DNA from: Ginglymostoma cirratum
Taxonomy: Eukaryota
NCBI GenBank assembly: GCA_024137785.1
Contig: JAHRHZ010000235.1
Location: 1 to 64,000 of the forward strand
Direction of reading: 5' to 3'
DNA length: 64,000 bases
Notes under the pieces: generated by a model
Seen by the model: only the letters and a program-made list of their open reading frames with translations
Databases searched by the model: none
Told to the model about the DNA's origin: nothing
In this document: positions 1 through 12,903 of the stretch, piece after piece
Position numbering within the stretch: the first letter of the stretch is position 1
Layout: every line of letters begins with the position of its first letter
Program-made: the position numbers and the translations under genes

Positions 1-565
1 GGCTTGAGGTGAGAGGAAAAACAGGTTAGGGAGGTGGAGACGAGCTGTGCTGGTTTTGGGATGCGGTTGGGAGAGGGGAGATTTTGAAGCTTGTGAAATC
101 CACATTGATGCCATTGGGCTGCAGGGTTCCCAGGCTGAATATGATTTGCTGTTCCTGCAGCCTTCGGGTGGCATCACTGTGGCATTGCAGGAGGCTAAGG
201 ATGGACATGTCATCTGAGGAATGGGAGGGGGAGTTGAAATGGTTCGCGACTGGGAGGTGCAGTTGTTTGTTGCGAACTGAGCGCAGGTGTTCTGCAAAGC
301 GGTCCCCAAGCCTCCGCTTGGTTTCCCCGACGTAGAGGAAGCCACAACGGGTACAGCGGATGCAGTATACAACATTTGCAGACGTGCAGGTGAACCTCTG
401 CCTGATGTGGAAAGTCTTCTTGGGGACTGGGATTGGGGTGAGGGAGGAGGTGTGGGGGCAGGTGTAGCACTTCCTGCGGTTACAAAGAAAAGTGCCGGGT
501 GTGGTGGGGCTGGAGGGGAGTGTGGAGCGGACAAGTGAGTTGCAGAGGGAGTGGTCCCTCTGGAA
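1..565 (-). mobile_element. Inverted copy of the Penelope 3' part (equivalent to about 1790-2354), running off the window edge
   Basis: ORF 26-634(-) repeats the GIY-YIG translation with few substitutions. Confidence 0.95.
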
Positions 566-2713
566 CCCTCCTACCGCCCCCTGGATCGTGACCCCACCCC
601 CGAGCACCAAACCATCATCTCCCAGACCATCCACAACCTCATCACCTCAGGTGACCTCCCACCCAACGCCTCCAACCTCATCGTTCCCCAACCCCGCACC
701 GCCCGCTTCTATCTCCACCCCAAAATCCACAAACCTGAATGCCCTGGTCGACCCATTGTCTCCACCTGTTCCTGCCCCACCGAACTCATCTCCACCTACC
801 TAGACTCCATTTTCACCCCCTTGGTCCAGGAACTCCCTACCTACGTCCGTGACACCACCCACGCCCTCCACCACCTACAGAACTTCCAATTCCCCGGTCC
901 CCAACACTTCATTTTTACTATGGACGTCCAGTCCCTATACACCTGTATTCCACATGCTGATGGCCTAAAGGCCCTCCGCTTCTTCCTGTCCCGCAGAAAG
1001 GACCAATCCCCCTCCATCGACACCCTCATCCGCCTAGCCAAACTCGTCCTCACCCTCAACAAGTTTTCTTTCAATTCCTCCCACTTCCTACAGACAAAGG
1101 GAGTGGCCATGGGTACCCGCATGGGCCCAAGCTATGCCTGCCTCTTTGTAGGTTATGCGGAACAATCCCTCTTCCGTACCTACACTGGCCCGAAACCCCA
1201 CCTCTTCCTCCGTTACATTGATGAATGCATCGGCGCCGCCTCGTGCTCCCACGAGGAGCTCGAACAGTTCATCCAATTCACCAACACCTTCCACCCCAAC
1301 CTGAAGTTCATCTGGACCATCTCCAACACTTCTCTCTCCTTCCTGGACCTCTCTGTCTCCATCTCGCGCAACCACCTAGAGACAGATGTCCATTTCAAGC
1401 CCACTGACTCCCACAGCTACCTGGAATACACCTCCTCCCACCCACCCTCCTGCAAAAATGCCATCCCCTATTCCCAATTCCTTCGCCTCCTCCACTTCTG
1501 CTCCCAGGATGAGACATTCCAATCCTGCACATCTCAAATGTCCTCATTCTTCAAGGACCGCAACTTTCCCCTCACAGTGGTCGAGAACGCCCTCGACTGT
1601 GTCTCCCGCATTTCCCGGAACAAATCCCTCACGCCCCGTCCCCGCAACAATAACCAAAAAAGAATCCCCCTCGTCCTCACATACCACCCCACCAACCTCC
1701 GGATCCAACGCATCATCCTCCGACACTTCCGCCATCTGCAATCAGACCCCACCACCAAAGACATTCTTCCCTCCCCACCCTCATCTGCCTTCCGGTGGGA
1801 CCGCTCCCTCTGCGACTCGCTTGTCCGCTCCACACTCCCCTCCAGCCCCACCACACCCGGCACTTTTCCTTGTAACCGCAGGAAATGCTACACCTGCCCC
1901 CACACCTCCTCCCTCACCCCAATCCCAGTCCCCAAGAAGACTTTCCACATCAGGCAGAGGTTCACCTGCACATCTGCAAATGTGGTATACTGCATCCGCT
2001 GTACCCGTTGTGGCTTCCTCTACGTCGGGGAAACCAAGCGGAGGCTTGGGGACCACTTTGCAGAACACCTGCGCTCAGTTCGCAACAAACAACTGCACCT
2101 CCCAGTCGCGAACCATTTCAACTCCCCCTCCCATTCCTCAGATGACATGTCCATCCTTGGCCTCCTACAATGCCACAGTGATGCCACCCGAAGGCTGCAG
2201 GAACAGCAAATCATATTCAGCCTGGGAACCCTGCAGCCCAATGGCATCAATGTGGATTTCACAAGCTTCAAAATCTCCCCTCCCCCAACCGCATTCCAAA
2301 ACCAGCCCAGCTCGTCTCCACCTCCCTAACCTGTTTTTCCTCTCACCTCAAGCCACACCCCCATCTCCTATCTACTAGCATCATCCCGCCCCCTTGACCT
2401 GTCCGTCCTCCCTGGACTGACCTATCTCCTCCCTACCCCTCTACCTACACTCACCTTTACTGGCTCCATCCACGCCTCTTCGACTTGTCTGCCTCCTCTC
2501 CACCTATCCTCTCCTCTATCCATCCTCTATCCGCCTCCCCCTCTCTCCCTATTTATTTCAGAACCCTCTTCCCCTCCCCCATTTCTGATGAAGGGTTTAG
2601 GCCCGAAACGTCATGTTTTACTGCTCCTATGATGCTGCTTAACCTGCTGTGTTCATCCAGCCCCATGCTTGTTATCTCGGATTCTCCAGCATCTGAAGTA
2701 CCTTTTATCTCTG
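566..2713 (+). mobile_element. Penelope-like retroelement, 5'-truncated (RT + GIY-YIG endonuclease + 3' pseudo-LTR)
   Basis: Open frame to 2329 with PKIHK, GRPIVS, MDVQSLYT, GVAMGT, LRYIDE (catalytic DD altered) and NVVYCIRC..C..LYVGET..R...H; C-rich tail with hammerhead motif. Confidence 0.95.
2581..2616 (+). ncRNA. Minimal type I hammerhead ribozyme motif in Penelope tail
   Basis: CTGATGA-a-GGGT(ttag)GCCC-GAAA-C-GTC; one helix I mismatch in this copy. Confidence 0.65.
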
Positions 2714-3525
2714 ATACAAACTCATTTTCAACTTTCACCACTATCAGGAGCCAATCACATTCCTTGAAAACTTTTCTATTTATATCATATCTAGTGACAG
2801 CAAACACAATCCAAAAGCAGCATCCTCATCAATGTAAACATCAAAATAATAATTAATCAAAATTAACTCTGCGAGGCAAGATATGGTTTTCATATACTAC
2901 CAGACTCACAAAGCAACTGCACTGCCATGGAGCTCATTTACTCTTAGGCGGACAGCAGAAATGTTTCAGGGATGTCCTCAAAGTATTCCTAAAATAGTCC
3001 AATTCATGAGAGAATCTGGCTTGGAGAAATCTGTTTGAGGAGGCCACTGAGCACATCTAAAGACTGTCAAGATCATGTAGAGCTGAAGTCAAGACATCAG
3101 AGAGTGCACAAAGCTTCAAACATCTGACCTATCCAAACACTTCGAGCAAGCCTTGCCTTGCACGTGTCAGAATCTGCATATTGTGCAGCAGACTCATCAA
3201 CCATCTTAGAATCTATTGAACTGGAGCAGGAGCAAGACATCCTCAGTCCTGATGGAGCCAAAGTGCAGACAATGCTTTTCTGGAGGATGTTAATTGATTG
3301 CCAAAGAGCTTACACCCCACTATCCTGAATGCAGGCTAACACTTCCTTTGCACATCTAAATATAATCAGCTAATCAAAAACCAACATCTATTTACCTTCT
3401 TACCTTCAACTATTAGGGATTTAACATCGATCAACAGAACTTATTTGATGCGACCACCAAGAGACTGACTAAGTAAAAAGATATTTACAAAAATGCTGAT
3501 CTTTAATTGCTTGCACTGTGAAGGT

Positions 3526-6500
3526 CTAGGGTATTTCAGAAGGGAAGCTGTAGGAAACGTAATTGACATGATGAACGAATCGGCTGAACTGAAGAGCAGG
3601 GATAACCGGAAACAATCTTAAAGTTTCACCTGAGCAAGTGGCTGATCCATTTTGAGAGAGAGATCCCTTAAAAATGATTCTCAAACCTTCTCAAAGGCTA
3701 TGTTATTCCAGACGTTTCTAATTAAATAGAAAGCATCTGCTATGTTAGTGCGATAAACTACTCCTTTTTCTGCCATTGTTTTGAGGACATTCCAAATTTA
3801 AATCAATTCCAGCAGAACTTTATTGCTTGATAATGGAGAGCAACGTCTTTACTATGCTGTAAAATCAATGCTTTTACGTATGGCCTTCCCTTCCGAAAAC
3901 CACAATCTCCAATGAAATGCAAAATTAACATTCCACTTATGTCAACCCAGTGTTTGGGACTATCATAACTGCGTTACTATTGCTAAATCAATATTGAATG
4001 ATCGAGCTGAACCAGCATAGTGGAATGTAAAAATTCCAAGTCTATTACACCTAGAGGTTCATTATAATTGTGGGGCAGTCAAGTTACTCCATAAGTTAAT
4101 TCTGAACAAAAACCTGTTATGCTGAACCTAATTTGGGTGCATCCTACCGATTGAATTCTTATTTGCTGCAGCAAAGATCAATCATAAACTGGCAGTCTGC
4201 ATTCTAAGTTTTCATGGTATTTGCACTTTAGTTTTTGCACTTTGGTAGTAGTTTCTGACTAGTTCACCAATGAAAGTATTGCCTCTTTTTCTCATCTCGT
4301 CAAATCCCATCTTGTCCAGGTGTTTTACAGGCGTGGAAACATTACTGGAAGGCTCTATGGGAGGATGGTCAACTGGAAAACAAAGAAACAATTAACATTG
4401 TACACATCTACTGTGAAGTATAGAACGTCTGTATAACCAAGCAAACTTAGAGCCTCCTTTCTTCTACATGGTTGGATATTCATTTTGATTTAATTGAAAC
4501 TGAATATAACTGCAGTAATTCATAGAAAATACACATCAGGGAATGAGCAGCATATACGAGTAACTGCAGTGTGTCAGAAAATGGATGAATTAAAGTGCCA
4601 ATATTTATTAAAGCCGTCTCAACCCTAGGGTGCAATCCTGTCAGTGGTTAATATACTTACATATCGTGATAGATTTCTCCTTTTGTTTTTGCGTATGAGG
4701 ATGCCTCAGGCAATAACAATGGACAGGTTGACATTATGGAATGGAATCAGGAGTCTTGGCAACTATCACACCGATTTGAAAGAAGAAACATAGAGACAAT
4801 CTCCCTTCAACCCCAGCTACCAAAGACAAGGCAACTGGTCATTCACTAAATTTCTGTCTGTGGGTCCATTGTTGTGGTCTTTGCCTACCCTTTGTGTTAG
4901 GTCGCCAACTATATATTCTGCAAGGGGAAAGTAAATTAGGCTCATTGTCCTGAAAACATGTAAAAACATGTTACAAATATGTTGAGGGTACTGGAAAATT
5001 TACTCAAACAAATTGTCAAAAAAATCCAGAGAGACATATATCACATGATCAGTTCCCGCTTCAAAAATACAAAAAAAATCCAATGCCTAACTGCACTCCC
5101 AATGTAACTACTGTTTTTCTCATGTCATGTACATTGCAATCCAATTTAAAAAGGACTTTCACTTGTACAGTTAAGTCGAAATAATAACCTTCTTCAGAGG
5201 ATTGACACAGAGCTGCTTTCAAGTTGTACTTTTTGTTGCCATTGCCAATCTTTTTTAAAGTAATTCATCGGAATGTTCGTATATATTAAATTGGCATGTA
5301 TGCTTTCCATCCTATGGACAAAAGACTTCTGCATTACAAAGCAGAAAAATACATGGTGTTAAAAAAAGTTTCTTTTTAAATTGAGGTAGTTTGTTGAAAT
5401 GGTATTTACTCTTTATCTGAGAATCTTGCAGTATTTCACTGAGAATGGGAGTGGGAAACATTACAAAGGTGGGACTAAAGAAGTAGAAATCCTGGAAAGT
5501 AATCAGCAACTTCACTTCCATATAATTACCTGTTTCCCATCTACACTCCTTAGTTGCTTACGTTAAATCTTCTAAAATTCCACTTCTTTCTATCATCCGA
5601 AAGAGTCTGAAACTAATAGCATAATGACTGTCATAGTCACAAATAAATCCAGTAGGCAATATGAGACAAAATTCTGCACTTGAAATTGGTAGAATATTGA
5701 ATTTTCTACCACAAGGTGTCACAGTGGTAACTAAATTTGAGAGATTTAAGGGGAAGCTCGAGAAGTATAGTAGGGAGAAAACAGTAGGGAGGTATGCAGA
5801 TAGGGTTAGATGAAGTTAATTTGGTCCAAGTCAGGATTGGCATACCAGTTGAATAGAATGGCCTTTTTTCTGTGCTGTAAATTCCATCCAATTCCTACTT
5901 TGCTTAATTCAAATAATTGCTTAAGGTAAAAATAATCCAACTTCAAATGGTTGTATATATATACTACACTGTGGCTCTGCTGTGACAGATATCAGTAAAT
6001 ATGTTCTGGTTTTATACAACCTTTCGATGCCATATACCAGCTCCATTCCCAAGAAGATCAGTGTTCTGTCACTTTCATGCCGATACAAATGGAATTGCAC
6101 CTTCAGCCATTAGGACAGCTACAACTCTCCACTTTTCCATTTCAACAACCCCAGCCTGTTTCAATCCCATTGGGAAGGGCACCACCTCGTAAAAAAATGA
6201 CTTTGGACCATTAACAGATTGTACAGGTAAAGTCTTGAACTGAAAATTTAACAAAATGAAGCAGTTAATGATCTGTAGTGTTGGCTGGTCAGGGAACGCT
6301 TCAAGAGAACCAGGTAACTCAATAACATTAGTTAATAGACAAAATGTTTTGAAGGAAAAGGTGATGACGGTTAAAATGCAAGAATGGCGCTTGCTCCACA
6401 GATATATTCCCATTTCTACCTCTAGCCTCAATGAATAGTGACAAACAGAAAGAATCAAATGTACATCAGTAAATTTTATTAACAATCATCGTGTGGTCTT

Positions 6501-8043
6501 ACCAGTCATGGCTCCAATACATTTCATTAAAGTCAAAGGTCCACTACCTTAATGAAACCCGCTGTCAAGTCCCACACAAAAATACTGACTAGTTCAACAA
6601 GACATCAGAAGGAAATTCTAGTCGCTGTTAGCTAGTCATGTAGCTAAGCATCGCTGTCTTCCAGGCAGAGGGAAGCGGAGAAAGTTGATATGAAGATGAT
6701 TAAATCTGAACTTGAGGAAAAGTGGTGTGAATGTTTGCAAATATACTGTTAGCACTTTAAATTCAGCCATTTCATTAATTCATGCTAACCATCAAGGTGT
6801 GCTAAAAGCTGTTATAAATGTGAAACTTAAGCTTCTCTGGTGATATGAGTTTGCTACATCTATTGCTTGCAGCATCCGAAGCAAAAATGAAGAAAGATGA
6901 AGATGCTAAATCTTTGTCATGATTTTCTGCCCTCAGAAAATTCCTTCAGGGATTCTGAATGACCAAGCTAACAACAAAGAGTCAACAAGTGTTCCATAAA
7001 CTGGAAAGTTGATCGCTGATAAGCCTCTTCCCTGTAGCTCAGTCAGGAAAAAGGTTTTATTTTTATAAAGTTCACTCGTAGGATGTAGACGTAACTGCTG
7101 AGCGAACATTTATTGCTGGTCCCTCACTACTCTTGAGAAGGTGGTACTGCACTAGTGCCTGGGTGTGATTCCAATTTTCTACTGAGTTGACTTACCTTAG
7201 CTGTAGTGAATGCAAACACTTCAATTAGCCTCAGCAGTTCCAAGTTATAGAATGGCGTTATAGAGACCTGGACACAGTGGAGGTGGAGGAATATTTCCAC
7301 CAGTAGGAGAGAATATAACCTGAGGGCACAGCCTCAGATCGAAGGGGTAACCCTTTAGAATTGATCTGAGGAGGAATTTGTTCAGCCGGATGATGATGAT
7401 TCTGTGGAACTCATTGCCATAGATAACTGTGGAGGCCAAGTAATTGAATGTATTTAAGACAGAGATAGATAGGTTCTTGATTAGTCAGGGAATCAAAGAT
7501 TACAGGAAGAAGGCAGGAGAATGGGACTGAGAAACATGCAAGCCACAATCAAATGGCAGAGTAGACTCGATGGGCCAAATGGCCTGATTCTGCTTCTGTA
7601 TTTTATGATTTTAATGGTAAGTCAGTGTGGAACTGGGTGGAAGCGAAGTTATTTGGTTTATATGTGCATGACCAGTTTGCTTTTTCTGAATATGACAAAG
7701 CAACTTGAGCCTTGTTACTGCTGTAGCAATCTTGGCAACTGGAAGGTATAGCATCACAATGTTGAATAGCGACTTATATGTACTGGGAAGATTCTTGGAA
7801 ACAAGGAGATAAGCCACAGAATATACATCTTCTGATCATTTTAATACTCACGATACAGAAGAAACAGAATAGCTCTCGAACAGAAGGAAACCTTCACCAA
7901 AAGCAAGAACAGCTCGACTAGTCCAGCTACAGGCCAAATTTTCCATCGAAGATGCTGAGAGGCCGAGATGTTATACGTATGGAGAGGACGTTTCCCCCTC
8001 TGGAAGATTCCTGAACGGGGCTGGTCCCAGGAGGGGCGCATTG
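3526..8043 (-). pseudogene. Decayed 3' four exons of an unidentified protein-coding gene (7852-8043, 6038-6239, 4268-4372, 3526-3629)
   Basis: Last two exons splice in phase to ..DHPPIEPSSNVSTPVKHLDKMGFDEMRKRGNTFIGETLRLFPVIPALQFSRFVHHVNYVSYSFPSEIP*, then ATTAAA at 3502-3507; upstream exons have a GG acceptor, an in-frame TAA (7971-7973), a frameshift and stops. Confidence 0.6.
7245..7620 (+). mobile_element. Old CR1 3' fragment
   Basis: TRGH..FF.QRVV.LWNSLP-like remnant and typical CR1 3' tail. Confidence 0.7.
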
Positions 8044-8299
8044 CCAACAGAAATGAGATAAAATAATTTCTCACAAAGGAGTGTGAATGTGTGTGGAACT
8101 TTGCTTCCAGCACCTTTTCAGGAAGAGAGTTGTTGGCCATTTTTACAGCAAATTGTTGTCAAACAAGGGGGTGAAAAGCGATCAGGTGGGGGGGGGGGCT
8201 GTGGGTTTGAGGTTACAGTCAAATCAGACAGCAGCTTACTGAATAGTGGAACAGGATCTAGGGCTGAATGGCCTTCTCCTGTTCTAATTCATACCTTTA

Positions 8300-8920
8300 C
8301 GTGTACATCTGAGAGAGAACAAAACATGGGGGACAGAGAGCGATAGACAGAGAGACAAAGAAATAGATGGGGAGAGGGAGATGGGGCGAGGGAGAAACAG
8401 GGAGAAAGACAGAGCTGAAAATAAACAAAAGTAAAGAGTAGACTTGGCCAGTGATAAATAGAGAGACATAAACACAGGGAAGGACAGATCGAGAGACAGA
8501 CAGAGAGAGAAGGAGACTTTGTCACTGATGCAGATGGACAAGTGGAAGGATCGACAAAGATAGTGAAAGACAGGAAAGAGGGAAACGGTAGAGCTGTGTG
8601 GCTGAGTGACAGAGCCATGGAGATTAACAACACAAAAAATGGCCCTTCGGCCCATGGCGTCTGCACCAGTCAAAAACAACCATCTCACTTTACTTTTCTG
8701 ATCCCATTTCCCAGCACTTGGCCTATTGCCTTTTAGACCTTGGCATTACAAGTTCACATCTAAACACCTCTTCAATGTTCTGAAGGTTTCTGCCTCTCCC
8801 ACTCTTACAGACAGTGAGTTCCAGATTCCCACCACCCTCTGAGTGAAAACAGCTTTTCCTCACATGTCCTCTAAGCCTCCTGCCCATTACTTTAAGTCTG
8901 TGTCCCCAGTCACAGATCCG
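8300..8920. repeat. Inverted segmental paralog of 38660-39250
   Basis: Same CR1 3' end joined to the same CT-rich flank (VTQPH.STVSLFPVF..FHLS in both ORF translations). Confidence 0.8.
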
Positions 8921-9244
8921 GCAATACCTCCACAGAGGCTGGTATCCCATCACCAAGTAACCCTTTATTTACACATGAACTGTCCTTGACTGTCGTGCCT
9001 CATACAGAGTCAAGCACCAAACAGTCAGAATCCCCAACCTTTTTCAGTCCGCGAGTACTCTTTCCGTTATATCCTTGCAAATGTTTGAACTTCTCTTTTG
9101 AAACCCAGTTGGGATTTTTTAATGACACTGAATCTTCGACACAATCTCACCTATCTTGATGCTCATCCTTGTCTGGTTAATTTTTTCCATTTCCTTCTCT
9201 TCTTTCAGTTCGTTTCGTTTCAGTAACATCTGAGACATTTCCAT

Positions 9245-9470
9245 GAAGCAAAAGTTGCTGGAAGCTCAGCAGGGATGGCAGCATCTGTGAAGAAAAGAAT
9301 CAGAGATAACGTTTTCTGTCTGGTGACCCTTCCTTAGAATGGACATTGGACCCAAAACGTTAACGCTGATATTTTTCTTTACAGATGCGGCCTGACCTTC
9401 TGAGCTTCCAGCAACTTCTATTTTCTGTTCATGATTTGCAGCGTTCACAGATCTTTCAGTTTTTATATTT
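9245..9470. mobile_element. Old palindromic (head-to-head) Penelope-tail/SINE element
   Basis: aagttgctggaagctcag...ctgagcttccagcaactt inverted arms with a degenerate hammerhead-like core in the middle. Confidence 0.6.
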
Positions 9471-9489
9471 CCATGGAGGATCTGTACTT

Positions 9490-10520
9490 TGATTTAATTT
9501 ATTGTGGTCACATGTACCTAAGTCGAATGAAAAGCTTTGTTTTGTGAGCAGTACAGGCAGATCAGAGCAAACAAGGACCTGCAGTTCAGAGGGTGCTTAG
9601 ACAGAGAGGAATAAAAAGTTACAGTTGCACAGGAGGTGCACAAAATGAGACCACCACGAGCAAGATCAATATTATTTGAAGTTAAAGCGGTGCAATCAGC
9701 AGTATAACAATGGCAGGGAGGAAGCTGTTCTTGAACCTGTTGGTGTATGCGTTCGAGCTTTTCTATCTTCTGCCCAACAAAAATGCCTGGAAGAGAGTGT
9801 TGCCAGGGTGGGAGGGCAGCTTTTCCATAACAACAAGAAGTGTAAATGTTGACCATAGATAGGAGTTCAGCTTCCGTGACGGTCTGGACTGTGCACACAA
9901 CTTTCCATTGTTTCTGATAGTGCTGGGCAAAGCAGTTGATGTACCAAGCCATTATGCACCCGGATAGTATACTTTCAATGGTGCATCTGTGGGAGTTGGT
10001 GAGGGTCCTTATGCACATACCGAATTTCTGAATTTGCCTGAGGAAAGAGGCTTTGTTGTGCCTTCAGGACCATTGCATCTCGGACAGATTGTCGGTTATT
10101 GTCACTCCCAGGAACTTAACACTCCGGACCCTCTCCACCTCAGCTCCGTTGATGTAGATCGGGGTGTGTGTTCCTTTCTCCAGTTGCTGAGTGTGGAGCC
10201 AAGATCTAGGTCTTATGAGTTTTATGATTAGTCTGGTAGGAATTATGGTGTTGAAGGCAGAAATGTAGTCGATGAGTCGGAGCCTGGAATAGATGTCCTT
10301 GCTATTTAGATGTTCCAGAGATGTTTTTAGCTCTAGGGAAATGGTGTCCGCTATTGGCCTGTTTTTACGGTCAGCAAATTGTAGAGGATTGAGGCAGGCT
10401 GGGAGGCCAGAGTTGATGTGGGCCATGACCAGCCTCTCGAAGCACTTCATGATTATTGAGTTCAGAGACACTGGGCGGTTGTCATTCATGTGTTTTCTTT
10501 AGTACTGGGATGATGGCCGT
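9490..10520 (-). mobile_element. Rex1/Babar-type LINE fragment
   Basis: NDNRPVSLNSIIMKCFERLV..LNPLQFA..; VERVRSVKFLGVTITDNL; RCTIESILSGCIMAWY. Confidence 0.8.
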
Positions 10521-11859
10521 CTTCTACTCGAAACCACCAGAGAGATGTTCCCAGCACTTCAATGGAAGGAAGGCGAATGTTTGCAGCAAGCCTGCACTGT
10601 GCTCTTGTGTACCTTGTTCGAAGGATTCCTTGTGATCTGCCAGCCTTCATCCCGGCCTGAAAACTACCTTGAACATTGGAAGGAAATGTCCAGGGTGCAG
10701 GTTAACATGGTGCAAAAAGCCTTTCAGCTGAAGCTCCAGTGTTTGTGCTCAGTGTGCATTTTCACTTTGTTCATTTCTCCCCTTTTCCATGGTAATGAAG
10801 AAAGTACTGTTGTTCGTACAATCTTTATTGTCTCAGGATATTCAAAGCTGTGTTCACAGTGCTGTCACGTTCACGTGGACAAGATGGTGAGTTCCCACTA
10901 ACAGCAAACGAATGACTGGACAAACCTGTTTTGGTCACTTGAGATGAATATTGAACAGGGCACCTGAGAGAATCTCTTCTGAGTGTTATCTTGTAGATCC
11001 ACCTGGTCTGTTCCTAATGTGCCCTCCATATCGCCCACTGGTGTCAGATAAGTTCTAGTATGACTGACCTTTAGGTTATTCATCATCCAATGATTATTTT
11101 GTCGTCTCTGTCTGAAGGATAAATGTTCGTTCTGATAACCACCCACTTTTATTTTATTCGGCTGCTAATGGATGGCAAGATTACCCATACTCCTCAGTGC
11201 TGTGCAAGTACTGCATAGACAGTAGATGGCTGCACTTTCACTGTCCCTGAACAATGCAAACTAGGGTCTGCTCGGATCCGACCAGCTCAATCTGCAGAGA
11301 TAGAAAGAGAGAGTGAAAGAGAGGACAGCTTTAGAAACAAAATGCTAATCGCACCAGAATGAAAATTTCACCTGTGATGTGGTACATCAATATATCTGTG
11401 GGAAAATACTTTGGCATGAGTTTTGATTGTCCGCACAGTGTGTGCTGCTTTGTTCACTCTGTGATGCACATAGACCCTGTCAATGTTGAGTTGCACAAGG
11501 TATATTTCCTCCTCTAAACCTGAAACACTCTCTCCATCTTACTTTACTCCTTATTGACCCTTCTAAAATTGTCCTTGTTCCCTCGCTCCATCCCGGTCCC
11601 AGAGGAATTGATGGCCAGTCATCATAACCCCACACTGGATGAAGGTTCATGTGAAGTGAGGCTGGTGTGTTGTAGCTTGGGCTCCAACCTCAGGACCAGA
11701 CGTAGGTGCCTGTTCCCTAATCTGCACATTGTTCTTTTTCCCTTCCTGATCACAGGCATTTTAATATTGTTTAACAAGTTAATGATGTAAATACATCAGC
11801 GCTGTTTATGGCTGGGATCATTTGACATCATGGTCCGAGTTTTCAATGGACTCTCACTC

Positions 11860-12690
11860 ATGACTTGTTTTTATTGCAAAAGTATACTTTATTTATAGAT
11901 GGAGATCTTTACGCACATACACAGATCATGAAGCCATTCAGATCTATACAGTCTTCACTTACAGAGAAGAAAACAAACATTGGGGTTCGGATTTCTGTAT
12001 ATTTACAGTTAACTTCTTGGCATATAGTTGAGGCATCAGGAAGAGTCTGATTACTGGATGAAACCCTGCTTTGCTTTGGCAGAAGGATCTTATACAATGG
12101 TCTTTCCCCACTGCCCCTTGGTGGCAGTTGCCCCAAGCTTTAGTATTGTCCCTGGAATGTGCTAGTTTGCAACACTCAGTCGGGATCAACTCTTTTGACT
12201 GGAAGACCAGAAAGTTTCGGGCAGACCAAAGTGGGTCATTCACTGATTTGTGAAGAAAAACACCTTTGACCACAAGTGCATCAGGCAGTGGTCAGCACGC
12301 AGCATCCTCGAGACCCATCGGGAAAAGGAGAGGGTGGATCTTTTCGAGTAGTTCCCTGTGCAGACTGCAAGTCATTCGGCAGAATGCCTCATTCCCAGGG
12401 CTTTCCAACAAGCACCGAGACATTGCTTGGCTGGTGGTGATAAGGAACCTGCCTGTGAGATCCTTTATGCATCACCAGTCTCCCTACACCACCGCACGCT
12501 GCCCTTGAAACTGCTGCGGGGGGAATGAGACTGTCACACAAATCCTTCTGGGATGTGCCTATGCAAAGGAAGTCTGGAGAGAAATGTAGTATTTTGTTTT
12601 GAGGCTTGACTTGAGCAGCTCCGTGATGCAGGACTCTGTGGTCTAAGCTCTGTTCAACCGGACACACACCGACACAAACATCAACTGGAC
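11860..12690. mobile_element. Tx1/L1-clade LINE 3' end with inverted 5' part
   Basis: Minus 11860-12255: LWSARNFLVFQ..ECCKLAHS; plus 12275-12690: AWLVVIRNLPVRSFM..RCP..C..ETVTQILLGC (zf-RVT-like). Confidence 0.7.
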
Positions 12691-12903
12691 CGTCATTGGA
12701 GATAACACAGTTTGAAATGTTTCTCTCCAACTTACCTGCTATTAAGAGGTTTACAAACGTGTTCTGGTGAGGACAGTGGGTCTTCAACACCATGTGATGT
12801 AGTGGGTGGGTGTTTGAATACTCATCCTAATATCATCTGGTCTTCAAAGAAAATGCTGTAGTTTGTGGGGCTTCATTTGAAATTAGATTGTACCCACGTC
12901 TTA

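Noticed and set aside
1386-2378. 330-aa Pro/Ser-rich overlapping ORF
   Set aside because: Alternative frame of C-rich Penelope sequence with no independent support
6665-6722. Plus-strand mini-exon QREAEKVDMKMIKSELEEKW
   Set aside because: Isolated, weak donor, no partner exons or recognisable homology
11280-11860. Kappa V remnant expected downstream of the 8.3-8.9 kb paralog
   Set aside because: No leader or framework motifs; CACAGTG near 11434 lacks a nonamer
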